A stretch of 64,000 nucleotides of DNA from Myxococcota bacterium (lineage in GTDB: Bacteria > Myxococcota_A > Polyangia > Polyangiales > Houyiibacteriaceae): assembly GCA_039030515.1 (NCBI GenBank), contig JBCCEA010000004.1, forward strand, positions 32,001 to 96,000, in the 5' to 3' direction. The notes under the pieces were generated by a model. That model ran no database searches and was not told the DNA's origin. It saw nothing but the letters and a program-made list of their open reading frames with translations. Positions 18,986 through 28,930 of the stretch are shown piece after piece. Positions within the stretch are counted from its first letter, which is position 1. Every line of letters starts with the position of its first letter. The translations under genes and the position numbers were made by a program.

Positions 18986-20467
18986 CTAGTTCTGAGGGGC
19001 AAAAACGAATGGATACCGGAACGATACGCTTCCTCCTTCCGGCCCCGGATTGAACCGAAGCCGTCGGACAGTGCTGACGACACACGCTGCAAGGCCGGCA
19101 GATGCTGAAGTGTTTTCTACCGCATTCGCAGCAGAAACCGTTCCTGCCGGAACGATCGTGAACTGAACTGTAACCTTGCCCTGGACCGTAGGATTGTTGC
19201 GGAGCTCCCGCTCGTAACATGCCTGAAACGCGCGTCGCCTTGCTCCTATGGCACGCGTTACGTTTCCTTGAGCAAAAACCCCGGATCCTCCTACATCCGC
19301 TCCACCCGAGAAGTTTACCCGCCCTCGAATTCGACGTTCCTGAACTGCTGCTCCTTCTGCAGCGGCTCTTCCAGCCTCTCCCCGCTGACGTAAAGCACCC
19401 AGTCCAGCGCCCTGACCGCTTCCAGCCCCGCCCGAGCGCGTCCGTAGTGTACCGCTGGCTCCTCGGGAGGCGACGCCAACCCCACTCGCCTGGGCCATCA
19501 CCTCTTCCGCGTTGCCCGTCACCGCGCCACCCGCGAGCACGTCCGCGAGCGCTCCACCTTCACCCAGTGCGCCAAGAATCATCGATTCAGCCTGAGCAGC
19601 GGCCTCCTCCGCAATACGCGCACGAGCTTCTGCTCTTGCTGCTGCTTCATCTTGCTCGGATTCTTGACCTGAATTTGCTTCGCGAGGTGGCTCCTTAGTA
19701 GGTTCTCGCTTAATCGGCGTACGCTTCGCTACCTTTTCTGGCTCACTCTTTTCTTCATCGACCGGATCAGTCTGAGGCTCTTCTTGAGGTTCCTCCGGAG
19801 GCTCGGGCTCCTGAAAAATCAACCGTGCCGCAGCGTCCGGCAGCGCCTGAATGCCGCGTTCGATCGGCCAATCGGCATTCTCCAGGTAGATAATGAATCC
19901 GAAGAACGCCATATAGCTGAACACGACCAAAGACGTGAACGGCCAATCGATTCCAGCGACAAAACCTCCTGTGGCGGCTGCGGGGAGTTGAGGCCTCGGT
20001 GTGACAGGTGGTGGAGCCACAAATTGAAATAGCAAAGTAGTGTCTCCGATCACTACTTTGCCTCGAGAGCTATCCGTGAGCTTCACTTGATGATAGCTGT
20101 CGGCCTCTCTAGCGGCTCCCGACTTTCGCAGCTGATCGAGATCTTGAACTCCGGAAGGCAACCCCACTCGGCCGGACATCAGAGAGGTAAAGTTGAGAAT
20201 GTAATCATTTCCCACCAACTGAAAAAGCTCGAAGCGTCCCGGAAGACCCTTTGCTTGAACTATGAAGTGGTTCTTTTCCGACGTTCCTACGCACACCGTT
20301 TCGCGCTTCCGGATGATCCGCTCCTCGACGATCTTTCCCCCCTGAATCAATCCGACACGCAAAACTCGTGGCCCCGCAGACCGCGCCGCCACAGCATTCA
20401 TGGCCATGGTCATGGCTCCGGGTTTTCCCCGACCACTTGGTTCTGTTCTTCGAGTAAATTGGCTCAT
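18986..20467 (-). CDS. gltG: GltG/NfsG (PglI/AgmX C-terminal domain) family: FHA-like domain, TM helix, Pro/Glu linker, TonB-C-like domain
   Basis: N-terminal beta domain, TM FTSLVVFSYMAFFGFIIYL, EPEPPEEP linker, C-terminal ACYERELRNNPTVQGKVTVQFTI...ACV...YPFVF. Confidence 0.8.
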   Translation of the reverse strand: MSQFTRRTEPSGRGKPGAMTMAMNAVAARSAGPRVLRVGLIQGGKIVEERIIRKRETVCVGTSEKNHFIVQAKGLPGRFELFQLVGNDYILNFTSLMSGRVGLPSGVQDLDQLRKSGAAREADSYHQVKLTDSSRGKVVIGDTTLLFQFVAPPPVTPRPQLPAAATGGFVAGIDWPFTSLVVFSYMAFFGFIIYLENADWPIERGIQALPDAAARLIFQEPEPPEEPQEEPQTDPVDEEKSEPEKVAKRTPIKREPTKEPPREANSGQESEQDEAAARAEARARIAEEAAAQAESMILGALGEGGALADVLAGGAVTGNAEEVMAQASGVGVASRGASGTLRTRSGGAGSGQGAGLGALRQRGEAGRAAAEGAAVQERRIRGRVNFSGGADVGGSGVFAQGNVTRAIGARRRAFQACYERELRNNPTVQGKVTVQFTIVPAGTVSAANAVENTSASAGLAACVVSTVRRLRFNPGPEGGSVSFRYPFVFAPQN

Positions 20468-20662
20468 CTCACGCTTCCATCCAGTTCAGGAACAATGCTC
20501 CACCCGCTTATTCCATGACCTCATCTCGAAAAAGAGCGCCCTTGTTCGCAAAGAGCTTAGTGATTTGAGTGCCCCACTTCGATCGTCTCCCACCGAAGAC
20601 CAATCCTTTGACGAAAAGCCGCATCGGGCCTTCGGCCAGCTAGCGGATCTCGCAGACAAGCT

Positions 20663-20986
20663 CTAGAAGGGCTCCTGCTGAACGCTTTGAAGAACTTCCT
20701 GCACAAAACTCGTACGAAGATCCAAAACCTCATAACCAATATTGCTGCGGTTGAGAATGTAGAAAGCATTTGGCTTCTGAACACGCCCTTCTATCCGAAA
20801 CTCTTCGAGCTGAATTACCCGAGGCGCGCCCCTTCCCTGCGCTTCGACTTTCTTCAGCCCGAGGCCGAGGAACAGGAGACTCATCACAGCGCCTCCAACG
20901 ACCACACCAGATTTAAGACGATGTCCAATCACGTTGAAACTCTTTCGCACGACGACGAGTGAATCATATACTTTGGATGTACACAT
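20663..20986 (-). CDS. gltF: GltF/NfsF-like small secreted protein
   Basis: IEGRVQKPNAFYILNRS...RTSFVQEVLQSV..PF; lies between gltE and gltG; true start may be downstream. Confidence 0.7.
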   Translation of the reverse strand: MCTSKVYDSLVVVRKSFNVIGHRLKSGVVVGGAVMSLLFLGLGLKKVEAQGRGAPRVIQLEEFRIEGRVQKPNAFYILNRSNIGYEVLDLRTSFVQEVLQSVQQEPF

Positions 20987-22533
20987 TACTCTTCCAAAGT
21001 TTCGGATCCATCACGGGGACCACGTTCAGCCTCTTGCTGAGCCGCAGCGCGTTCTCTTTCGATACGACGATTTTCTCTCTCGATGCGGCGACCGATATCC
21101 CTCAAGTAGCCTTCCGAAGCGTCATCACGTGGAAGCCTAGGTCCCATCATGTCTCGGTATCGTGTGAATGCGTCGACCGCCAACTGGAGCGACGTCAGTG
21201 CATCATTGCCAGGGAATTCGCCGCCAGCCATCAGGTACGTAAGACCCAGATTGAAATGAGCCTCCGGTAGATTCGGATTCATTTGTAAGGCTCGGTCTAG
21301 AGAGGCCTTTGCTCGTTGCCACTGTCGATTGGCTCGGTAGGCATCTCCAAGGTTCAAGTGAACGACTGCAAGTTTCGGAGCCAATTGAGCGGCTGTCTCA
21401 AAGTGGCTTAATGCTTCCGGGTAGTTGGCGCCAGCCAGCAGCTGAATCCCCAGCGCCATGTGTGCCTCGGCGTAATCTGGCCGCAACTGAACTGCACGCC
21501 TGAATTCAACCAGAGCGTCCCTCAATCGCCCCGACTCCTCCAGATACATCCGGCCCTTAAGATAATGCAGCTCAGCATTTCCATCTCCAACCTCTAAAGC
21601 CTGTGCGAGAATACGCTGAGCAAGCTCGCCCCTCCCCTGTTCTAAACTCGCCTTCACCAGAGCGACCATCGCAGGCACAAATCTCTCATCGCAACGAAGT
21701 GCCCGCCGTGCTGCATCCCAGGCCTGATCAAATTGGCGACTCATGACGAGAACTTCAGCGTAGAGAGCTTGGATGTGGAGGTTTGTGGAATGCGTCCGAG
21801 CCATCGGCTCCACAAAAGCTAGCGCTTCTCGCACGGAACCTCTCCGCAGCTGGATGGTGACGATCCCTCGTGCCGCCGGCTCGTAGTCTTCCTGAATTTG
21901 AAGTGCCTGGCGGTAGTGATCCATCGCCGCCGCCTCGTCACCGGAGCGCTGAGCCAAGACCCCGATGCTATATCGCGCTTGATAAGATCCGCTATCCGCA
22001 CTCAAGGCCTGCTGGAACGCGGTACGAGCACGAGAATAGTCTCCGCTGTTTGAATATTGAACTCCTGCCTCAAACTTCTCGCGGGCACGCGCGTTCATCT
22101 GCCTTCGCTCTGGACTGCGGCACTGCTCCGCCCGAGTCTGTCCCCATGGACTCTGAGCCGTAGACGGTTCCTCTAAGGAACCTTCTTGAGTGTCTCTCTC
22201 AGAAAACTCGGTCGGCGAAACGTTCTCTTCTTGTTCGTGGTCTAGTGAATCCTCATCGAACTGCGACGCAACTGACTGCCGGTCGTCGGCCGACGCGCTG
22301 GACGAAGATTCACCTCCCGCTGACGACTCGGTGATCGGCGGTCTCCCACTCGAGGCACCACCGCAGCCACCAAACAAAACGCAGCCCGCGAGAACGCATC
22401 GTGTAAGAAGAAACACTTTCGGGGTCGATTCTTCGAGCATGGATCTCGTAGGCATCCGCTGGGCAGAACGAGTAGGGAACAAACAACCGCTGGCCACGTC
22501 ATCACGGCCGTGAAACCTGAAAAACTTCGTCAT
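20986..22533 (-). CDS. gltE: TPR lipoprotein, GltE/AglT/NfsE-like
   Basis: Lipobox VLFGGC, many TPRs (PDYAEAHMALG, PEAHFNLG); operon position; start may be downstream. Confidence 0.7.
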   Translation of the reverse strand: MTKFFRFHGRDDVASGCLFPTRSAQRMPTRSMLEESTPKVFLLTRCVLAGCVLFGGCGGASSGRPPITESSAGGESSSSASADDRQSVASQFDEDSLDHEQEENVSPTEFSERDTQEGSLEEPSTAQSPWGQTRAEQCRSPERRQMNARAREKFEAGVQYSNSGDYSRARTAFQQALSADSGSYQARYSIGVLAQRSGDEAAAMDHYRQALQIQEDYEPAARGIVTIQLRRGSVREALAFVEPMARTHSTNLHIQALYAEVLVMSRQFDQAWDAARRALRCDERFVPAMVALVKASLEQGRGELAQRILAQALEVGDGNAELHYLKGRMYLEESGRLRDALVEFRRAVQLRPDYAEAHMALGIQLLAGANYPEALSHFETAAQLAPKLAVVHLNLGDAYRANRQWQRAKASLDRALQMNPNLPEAHFNLGLTYLMAGGEFPGNDALTSLQLAVDAFTRYRDMMGPRLPRDDASEGYLRDIGRRIERENRRIERERAAAQQEAERGPRDGSETLEE

Positions 22534-25500
22534 CGGATTCCTCCGAGAATCGATGGAGGTGCCCCTGACTCAAGGTGGACCGTGCGTCCTCGAGGTGCTC
22601 GAGTGAACTCTCCGTTTTGATAGGCCCCCATGCTCGGATCGGTTTGTTGAACTTCAGCGATGCACTCCGCTATGCGCTCTTCGCCGTATGCCTGGAGCCG
22701 ATCGGTGGACGTTTGTGTAAACTCGTCGTCTAAGCTCGCTTGTCTCGCTGCGCGCGAAGCAAGCGCGTATCTCGCAATCGCGAGACATTCGATGGGACGC
22801 ACTCTGTCATCCAGCACTGCACGAATCCGGTCCTCGACCTCGATCTGAATCAGGTCCCGATCCATCGGGTCCACGGCACGGAGTTGTCGCTGCATATCAC
22901 CCGGCATCACGAAGGGCGTATTGAGAATCGCTCGCACCAAGACTTCGTATACACGACCCTGCTGAACCAACGCGGCGATCGTCCAAGCGGGTCTCCGATA
23001 CGATGGCACTTCACTGTAGGCCTCAGACCTCGCATTGGCCTGCTGACTCGCGTCATCGATTTGGGACGTAATCGAGCCTACGTAAGCTTCCATCGTCGTA
23101 GGACGCTCAGCGTCAATCTCAATCCGCTCGTACTCAGCCATGCCGGCATCTACCAGCATAAAGCGTGCATGAGCTGCATATTCTGCTGCCAATGACCCTG
23201 GATCTTCGCCCGAACTTTCGAATTCTGAAACTACGTTGCGCAACGCATTTCTATATTCACGTTCGCGCCGAAATTGTCGAAATGCCTGGGCAATACGCCA
23301 TCGGGCCTGGACGCGCAGCTCTCCAGAACCCTGGCTCACCGGGTTGTCCAAGAAGGAACGCATTTGGCGTATTGTTTCGGCCCAATCACCACGCGTGTAG
23401 CGCATCTCCGCTATGCGGTAGTACGCGCGTCGACGCGTCTCTTCGTCCGAGGTCGTTTCGGCTGCCCGCTGATAGTAGCTTGCCGCCGGATCATAACGCT
23501 GAAGATTCTCTAGTATAACCGCAGCGTTGATCAGTGAGTCTTCTCGGTACTGACGAATTTTTTCATCCTCGGTCGACTGAAACCGAGAACTGTCTGCGAG
23601 AATTCTGTAATTCTCGACTGCTCGATCAAACTCAAAAAACCGATTCGAGTTGTACGCCAATCGGAAATACGCGTTCGCCAAAATCGCATCGAGACGCGCC
23701 TGCTCTGCCACGTCCTCCGAACTACGCGGACCAACTTCCTCGACGATACGCTCGTAGAGGCCAGCCGCAGATTCGAATCTGCTCGTTCGCTCAAGCGCAG
23801 TCGCGGCGTATTCAAGAGCTACGGGCGCCTGAGTATCGCCGGGGTTTCTGTTGACCGCCTCCACCAGCATCGTCGCAGAGCGTTCGTAGAGACGGCGGCG
23901 ATCTTCATTCAGAGGCTCGCAGTTGCCCACATCTAAAGTTCCGCAAGCCTGCTGGAAAATATCCAGGGCGCGGCGGTAGCGAATGCTGTTCAGGTCACCC
24001 ATAGCCCTACACAAAGGCGCGTCTCGATTGATGGGGTCTTCACAATCTACCGTTCGGCAGTCCGGATGCCTTGAGTTCGCCTCGTCGCTACAGTCGATAG
24101 AACTTGCCTGAAAAGTGCAACGTCGATCCTGTAGCTCCCTCGCCAACTCCTCAACGCGATCGTTATTGCCGAGCGCGATGGCCATATTTCGAAGGTTCTC
24201 CCAAGACGTTTGACCAGTTTCATCAGCAAAACGACCGGAGCATCTTTCATCGAAAATACGCTGGAAACGGTCTTGAGCGTAGTCCCAGTAGCCGTACCAG
24301 TAAAGCAGCAGAGCGTTATTGAAATCATACGCTTCGCGAACATCCTCTAGGTCATCCGCATCAGAAACTCGCGCCAAGTACATCTCTCGAGCCTGAGCGA
24401 TTCGTTGAACCGGCTCCGGCATGCTCATCGGTGCAATCTGAAGCGGGTCCCCCTGGGCGTCCGGAGCTGCGCTTCGAACCTGTAGACGTCCAGACCCAAC
24501 AAGCTGTTCGTTGATCCGCTTGACCGATTCAACCACTCTCCTGGCAGATTCACCAAGGTGTGTGTCATCGAGGTTGCTGTCTCGAACCGATGCATATTCA
24601 AGGGCGGCGTTCTCGTAATCCTCCGACCAGAAAAGCGCGTCTGCCAAATTATATCGCAGCTCGTACGCTTGGGGATCGTTGGGGTACGCAAGCAGATATT
24701 GTCGGTAGGCGATCGCCGCTGCTCGGTAGAGTCGCTGCGCTTCGTTGCAGAGCTCTAGATCACTGTTGCGCACGCATTCTCGTCGGGTTGATTGAGCCTC
24801 TTGATGTTGGCGAAGCGCGGTGCGAATCAACGCCCCCTCGGCCATCTCCTCGGCTTCGCGCTGTTCACTGGGATGATCGATCTGGTTACTGTACCAGCAG
24901 TTTGGATCGATTTCGCATGCACCCGGTCCAAAACGTGCGAGTTCTGCAAGAGCTTCGAAATGCTCTTCACGCTGATTGTGCATCTGGTATGCACGAGCGA
25001 TCATATTCGTGATTTCAGCCGCTCGATGGTGGTACGGCCATCGCTGCAAAGCGAGCTGCCACACTTCAACAGCTTCGGGGTACTTCGCTTCATCGAAGTA
25101 GACCTGACCTAGTTGGAAGTATACTTCGGCAGTCCAGGGTTGATCCTGGGGCAAGAGTGCCGGGTTCTGGACGCGCTGAAGGCTAGTAGGTTGGCCCTCG
25201 TAAGCGTCGGGAACCTGGTTTTCATTCCAGTCGTCATACGCAAACGATATCCCCAAATACTGGATGGCTTCCGGACGCAATTCAGATCCGGCACGACCCG
25301 TCCGGGCTCGTTCACGATCAGACCAGTCGACCAGCATCGTAAAGTACCGAATAGCCTCCGGATACCGACTTGCCCTGTAGTAGGCCCAAGCGATTTTGTA
25401 GAGGGCTAGATTGTAGTTTCGGTCATCCGAATCGGAGAGGATCTGACTGTATGCGTGAATGGCCAAATCAAGTGCTTGAGAATCGCGATAGTCATCGAAA

Positions 25501-26561
25501 TGATACTCCCCAACTCGAAACCAGGTTTCACTCAAAAAGCGCGCATCTTCAGAGACCGGCTGGCAGGACGCGTAAGGATTTGCGGCAGACTCAGCACGAG
25601 GGGCTTCAAGCGTTCCAGGCGCATCAAGCGATATCGCTGGATACTGCGCAGCGTCATCTTGCTCCTCTTCCGCGGGAGGAGAAGCAGAAACGAAGGCCAT
25701 CGGATCGTAACGGTATTGATTGGCACATACTAGATTGAGCCAAGCCATGCGAGCTTCGTCCGGACGGCCCATCTCATTCAAGCAGTAGCCGATGAGGTAA
25801 TATGCACCGTCAACACGTCGATATTCGGGGAAGTGAGCTGCCAAGCGCTGATAGATTTCGACGGTGGGCATGAAATCGGGAAAGTCAGGAACCGCTAGCT
25901 GCTCGCCTCGCTCCGCTGCCTCGTTGGCCGCGTCATACTGCTCCTGAAACTGGACTGCGCTGCGCTCAAAGTAGAGTTCGCCAAGCCTGAACATTGCATC
26001 CGGTGTGTAGTCAGAGTCGTCCGGGTACCTAGCGACAAATCGTTCGAAGAGTCGTATCGCCTGGTCGCGAGCATCGTTTTGTAGGCGATCCTCTTCTACA
26101 ACCTGTTCGTCATACCATCGATCACGACTCCATCTCTGACGGGTATATTCTCGACGAAGCATCGAGTTGACCACGCTTTGATAGGCTTCGGCAGTATTGC
26201 TAAACCTGGAAACCTCAGACTCCATTTCACGAAGGGCTTGCACCTGAGACTCCGTCGGGGGCTCTCGTTCGTCCTGAAGTCGAAGATCCGTTGTATCTAG
26301 AAACGCCGGAACAGACGGTACTTGGCTCGAATAATCTTCTTCTGCTTCAGACCAAGGAATCTCATCCTGCGTCGGCTCCGCGGAGGGTGATGTCGAATCG
26401 ACATCGCCCTGCTCTCGTTCGCTCTGACCGGACTCTTCGTTCGCTTGGGTTTCATCACCAGATTGCGCTGACGCTGCAGTGGATTGCGCGTGGGCAACGT
26501 GTGGCCCAACCCAAGCCAAAAACAGTACTACAGCAAAGAGTCTCAGAAGTCCGCTCGTCAT
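22530..26561 (-). CDS. gltD: Large periplasmic TPR protein, GltD/AgmU/NfsD-like
   Basis: Signal peptide; TPDAMFRLGELYFE, WFRVGEYHFD, ALYKIAWAYY, LRPEAIQYLG, WTIAALVQQG; 1343 aa. Confidence 0.75.
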   Translation of the reverse strand: MTSGLLRLFAVVLFLAWVGPHVAHAQSTAASAQSGDETQANEESGQSEREQGDVDSTSPSAEPTQDEIPWSEAEEDYSSQVPSVPAFLDTTDLRLQDEREPPTESQVQALREMESEVSRFSNTAEAYQSVVNSMLRREYTRQRWSRDRWYDEQVVEEDRLQNDARDQAIRLFERFVARYPDDSDYTPDAMFRLGELYFERSAVQFQEQYDAANEAAERGEQLAVPDFPDFMPTVEIYQRLAAHFPEYRRVDGAYYLIGYCLNEMGRPDEARMAWLNLVCANQYRYDPMAFVSASPPAEEEQDDAAQYPAISLDAPGTLEAPRAESAANPYASCQPVSEDARFLSETWFRVGEYHFDDYRDSQALDLAIHAYSQILSDSDDRNYNLALYKIAWAYYRASRYPEAIRYFTMLVDWSDRERARTGRAGSELRPEAIQYLGISFAYDDWNENQVPDAYEGQPTSLQRVQNPALLPQDQPWTAEVYFQLGQVYFDEAKYPEAVEVWQLALQRWPYHHRAAEITNMIARAYQMHNQREEHFEALAELARFGPGACEIDPNCWYSNQIDHPSEQREAEEMAEGALIRTALRQHQEAQSTRRECVRNSDLELCNEAQRLYRAAAIAYRQYLLAYPNDPQAYELRYNLADALFWSEDYENAALEYASVRDSNLDDTHLGESARRVVESVKRINEQLVGSGRLQVRSAAPDAQGDPLQIAPMSMPEPVQRIAQAREMYLARVSDADDLEDVREAYDFNNALLLYWYGYWDYAQDRFQRIFDERCSGRFADETGQTSWENLRNMAIALGNNDRVEELARELQDRRCTFQASSIDCSDEANSRHPDCRTVDCEDPINRDAPLCRAMGDLNSIRYRRALDIFQQACGTLDVGNCEPLNEDRRRLYERSATMLVEAVNRNPGDTQAPVALEYAATALERTSRFESAAGLYERIVEEVGPRSSEDVAEQARLDAILANAYFRLAYNSNRFFEFDRAVENYRILADSSRFQSTEDEKIRQYREDSLINAAVILENLQRYDPAASYYQRAAETTSDEETRRRAYYRIAEMRYTRGDWAETIRQMRSFLDNPVSQGSGELRVQARWRIAQAFRQFRREREYRNALRNVVSEFESSGEDPGSLAAEYAAHARFMLVDAGMAEYERIEIDAERPTTMEAYVGSITSQIDDASQQANARSEAYSEVPSYRRPAWTIAALVQQGRVYEVLVRAILNTPFVMPGDMQRQLRAVDPMDRDLIQIEVEDRIRAVLDDRVRPIECLAIARYALASRAARQASLDDEFTQTSTDRLQAYGEERIAECIAEVQQTDPSMGAYQNGEFTRAPRGRTVHLESGAPPSILGGIR

Positions 26562-28930
26562 AGAGCACTTCCTTCCTCGTCTCCATTTTCGTTTTGATCC
26601 GTGATTTCACGAAACTCATCGTCGAGAGTCTGCACCTCACGCTGTCGATCGCGGGTTAGCGAGTCCACACGGAGTCGATGTTCCTCACGACGCTGCCATG
26701 AAACGTCTATCTCGCCCACGTGACTCCGGAGTAGGAGGTTGTGGAACCGGTCGCGTACCTGAAGGAAGTGATCGTAAGCAAGTGCTCCGATCACTTCTTC
26801 GGTCTCGGCCTCAAGTAAAGCCAGCAAATCTCGATACCCCGCCAGCTTCAACCGTTCGTCTTCCAAAGTCTGTTGCGTTGCAGCAACGCGCGACGCAACA
26901 GCTGCGTCGATTTCGTCGTCATGGGAATCAAGCAAAGCCTCAACCCTTGTGATTTGACCGAAGAGCCGACCCGCTTCGCTAGAAGAGCGCAACCCGTTCG
27001 AGGCGAGCAACTGGCGTTCCTTATCGACCAGGTTGTTGTAATCACTTCGCAACCGGCGATCGCGAATGTATCGACTGTCACCAACCCCTACCTGCATTCG
27101 AGCGACCTCGACACTGCCAGCGAGTTCATCGATAGCCTTTTGATACCTTTCGATAGCTTCTAGATGCGCCGCCAGCTCCGATGCCACTGCACTTGTATCC
27201 GAGTTCTGCTGACTTACAGGGTTCGACAGAAAATGATCGGTAGCGGTAATTCGTGCCTCCATACCGAGCAGTTCCACTTCCAGTTCACGCAATGCACGTT
27301 GAAGATCTCGATAACGCTCAAGCGCCTGATCATCGCGTGCTGAGAAGTCCTCATCCGACATCGGCATCCGGTCGAGCGACTGCTCGAGCTGTGCTCGCTC
27401 TTCTCGGAGCGCCTCTAACCCTTGAATTGCTCGCGAGGAAACAGGGCCAAACTCCGCTCCCATGAGCGCCCGGCGCGCTCGAATCAAACGATTCCTGAGC
27501 GCGATCGTACCTTCACGATGTCGACGAAGGTTGGCAAAGACATTGACTGCGTTTGTGGAATTCACCGCAGCATCCAAACGTGTCACGAGGCCAGCAGTCT
27601 CGTGTACCAACCGTCTGGCTTGACTGAGATCGTCGATAACCTGTAGCGCTCGACCGACTTCACCCTCGCTCTTGGACCATCGTTGAGCTAGCGGTGGAAG
27701 CACGCTGGCGGCATCAAACGCTTCGAGATTCGTCCGAACCAAATCTCGGAAGTACAGAGGAAGATCTGCATGGGAGTGCAGCACGTCGTCGAGTTCTTCG
27801 CCAACAGGTTCAAACTGTGCCTGAACATCATCAAAGACTTCGTCGGCATCATCGAACCGCCCGTTGCGGAGTAGCAAGTTACCCCGAAGCAGCTGACCGT
27901 CGGGGATGTAGCGACTTTCCGGGGCAGCAACCTGCAACACTTCGAGGGCTCGCTCAGCGCGGATAGAGTCGCCAAGACGAATGAATGCCCAGGCGATCTC
28001 GTAAAGCGCGGTATCGAATCGAGGAGAGCTGCGTGAGACGCTTTGGTACGCCTCGATCGCCTGCAAAAGCTGATTGGTCTCGTAGTACAGACGCCCGAGT
28101 GCCAACTGTGCGAGCTCGGCCACCTGAGGATGCCCGGCCTCGGTCGTTGGAGCGCGAAGCACTCGTCGGAACGCCTCGATGGCTTGGGGGAACTCAGCGC
28201 GAAGCGCGTGAATCACTCCGATAAAATACACCGCCTGCGGGTAGTAGGAGCTACCCGCAGCCACCACCTCAAACGCTCGTTTGGCTGACTCGATAGCCGG
28301 CAGATCCACGCGCAGTTCACTTAGGTCTGCCTCCGAGCCGACCGCCTCGGATGGAACGGCTCGATTGTATAGGTATTTGGCGCGAAAATAAGCGGTTGAG
28401 GCGCCAACTTCTGCCGGCGGTAAACGGTTCAGCCGCTGGAAGTAGGCTTCCACCCCGGTGAACTCATGCGTGTGTATCGCAATCTCGATGAGTCGCCCCA
28501 AGGTGTTTTGAACGTAAGGTCGAAACGCAGATTCGTCAGAGTTCGCGAGGACAGTCTCGTAGTGCCGTCTCGCGCCGAGGTAGTCTCGTGCCATGAACAG
28601 AGACTCTGCCAGTAAAAACTTGGCCTCTGGGTAGATCGCATGCGCCGCGTGATGGTCGACGATATCGGTGAAGATGATGCTGGCTCGCCCGTAATCCTGC
28701 AGTTGGAAAAACAGCTCCCCGTCGGTGAGCCGTTCCTCTACGTAGGTTGGGCTTCTCAAGCGTTGTCGATCGAGCGGATCTGACGCAAGCACACGAGCGC
28801 GCTGCTCGATATCGACCACGTCTCGACTGACTCGTTCAAGCCCCTGTGTTGCTCCAATCGCGGGAAAAGCAAGCGAGGACAGAGCAACCAAAACAAAACC
28901 AGCCCCTGGCGCCGAAGGCCGAAACATCAT
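26558..28930 (-). CDS. gltC: TPR + coiled-coil protein, GltC/NfsC-like
   Basis: Signal peptide; ELAQLALGRLYYE, SPRFDTALYEIAWAF, long C-terminal coiled coil; ATGA-coupled to gltD. Confidence 0.6.
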   Translation of the reverse strand: MMFRPSAPGAGFVLVALSSLAFPAIGATQGLERVSRDVVDIEQRARVLASDPLDRQRLRSPTYVEERLTDGELFFQLQDYGRASIIFTDIVDHHAAHAIYPEAKFLLAESLFMARDYLGARRHYETVLANSDESAFRPYVQNTLGRLIEIAIHTHEFTGVEAYFQRLNRLPPAEVGASTAYFRAKYLYNRAVPSEAVGSEADLSELRVDLPAIESAKRAFEVVAAGSSYYPQAVYFIGVIHALRAEFPQAIEAFRRVLRAPTTEAGHPQVAELAQLALGRLYYETNQLLQAIEAYQSVSRSSPRFDTALYEIAWAFIRLGDSIRAERALEVLQVAAPESRYIPDGQLLRGNLLLRNGRFDDADEVFDDVQAQFEPVGEELDDVLHSHADLPLYFRDLVRTNLEAFDAASVLPPLAQRWSKSEGEVGRALQVIDDLSQARRLVHETAGLVTRLDAAVNSTNAVNVFANLRRHREGTIALRNRLIRARRALMGAEFGPVSSRAIQGLEALREERAQLEQSLDRMPMSDEDFSARDDQALERYRDLQRALRELEVELLGMEARITATDHFLSNPVSQQNSDTSAVASELAAHLEAIERYQKAIDELAGSVEVARMQVGVGDSRYIRDRRLRSDYNNLVDKERQLLASNGLRSSSEAGRLFGQITRVEALLDSHDDEIDAAVASRVAATQQTLEDERLKLAGYRDLLALLEAETEEVIGALAYDHFLQVRDRFHNLLLRSHVGEIDVSWQRREEHRLRVDSLTRDRQREVQTLDDEFREITDQNENGDEEGSAL

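Noticed and set aside
20400..20784. Short ORFs in or over the gltF-gltG gap
   Set aside because: They overlap real genes and have no recognisable motifs
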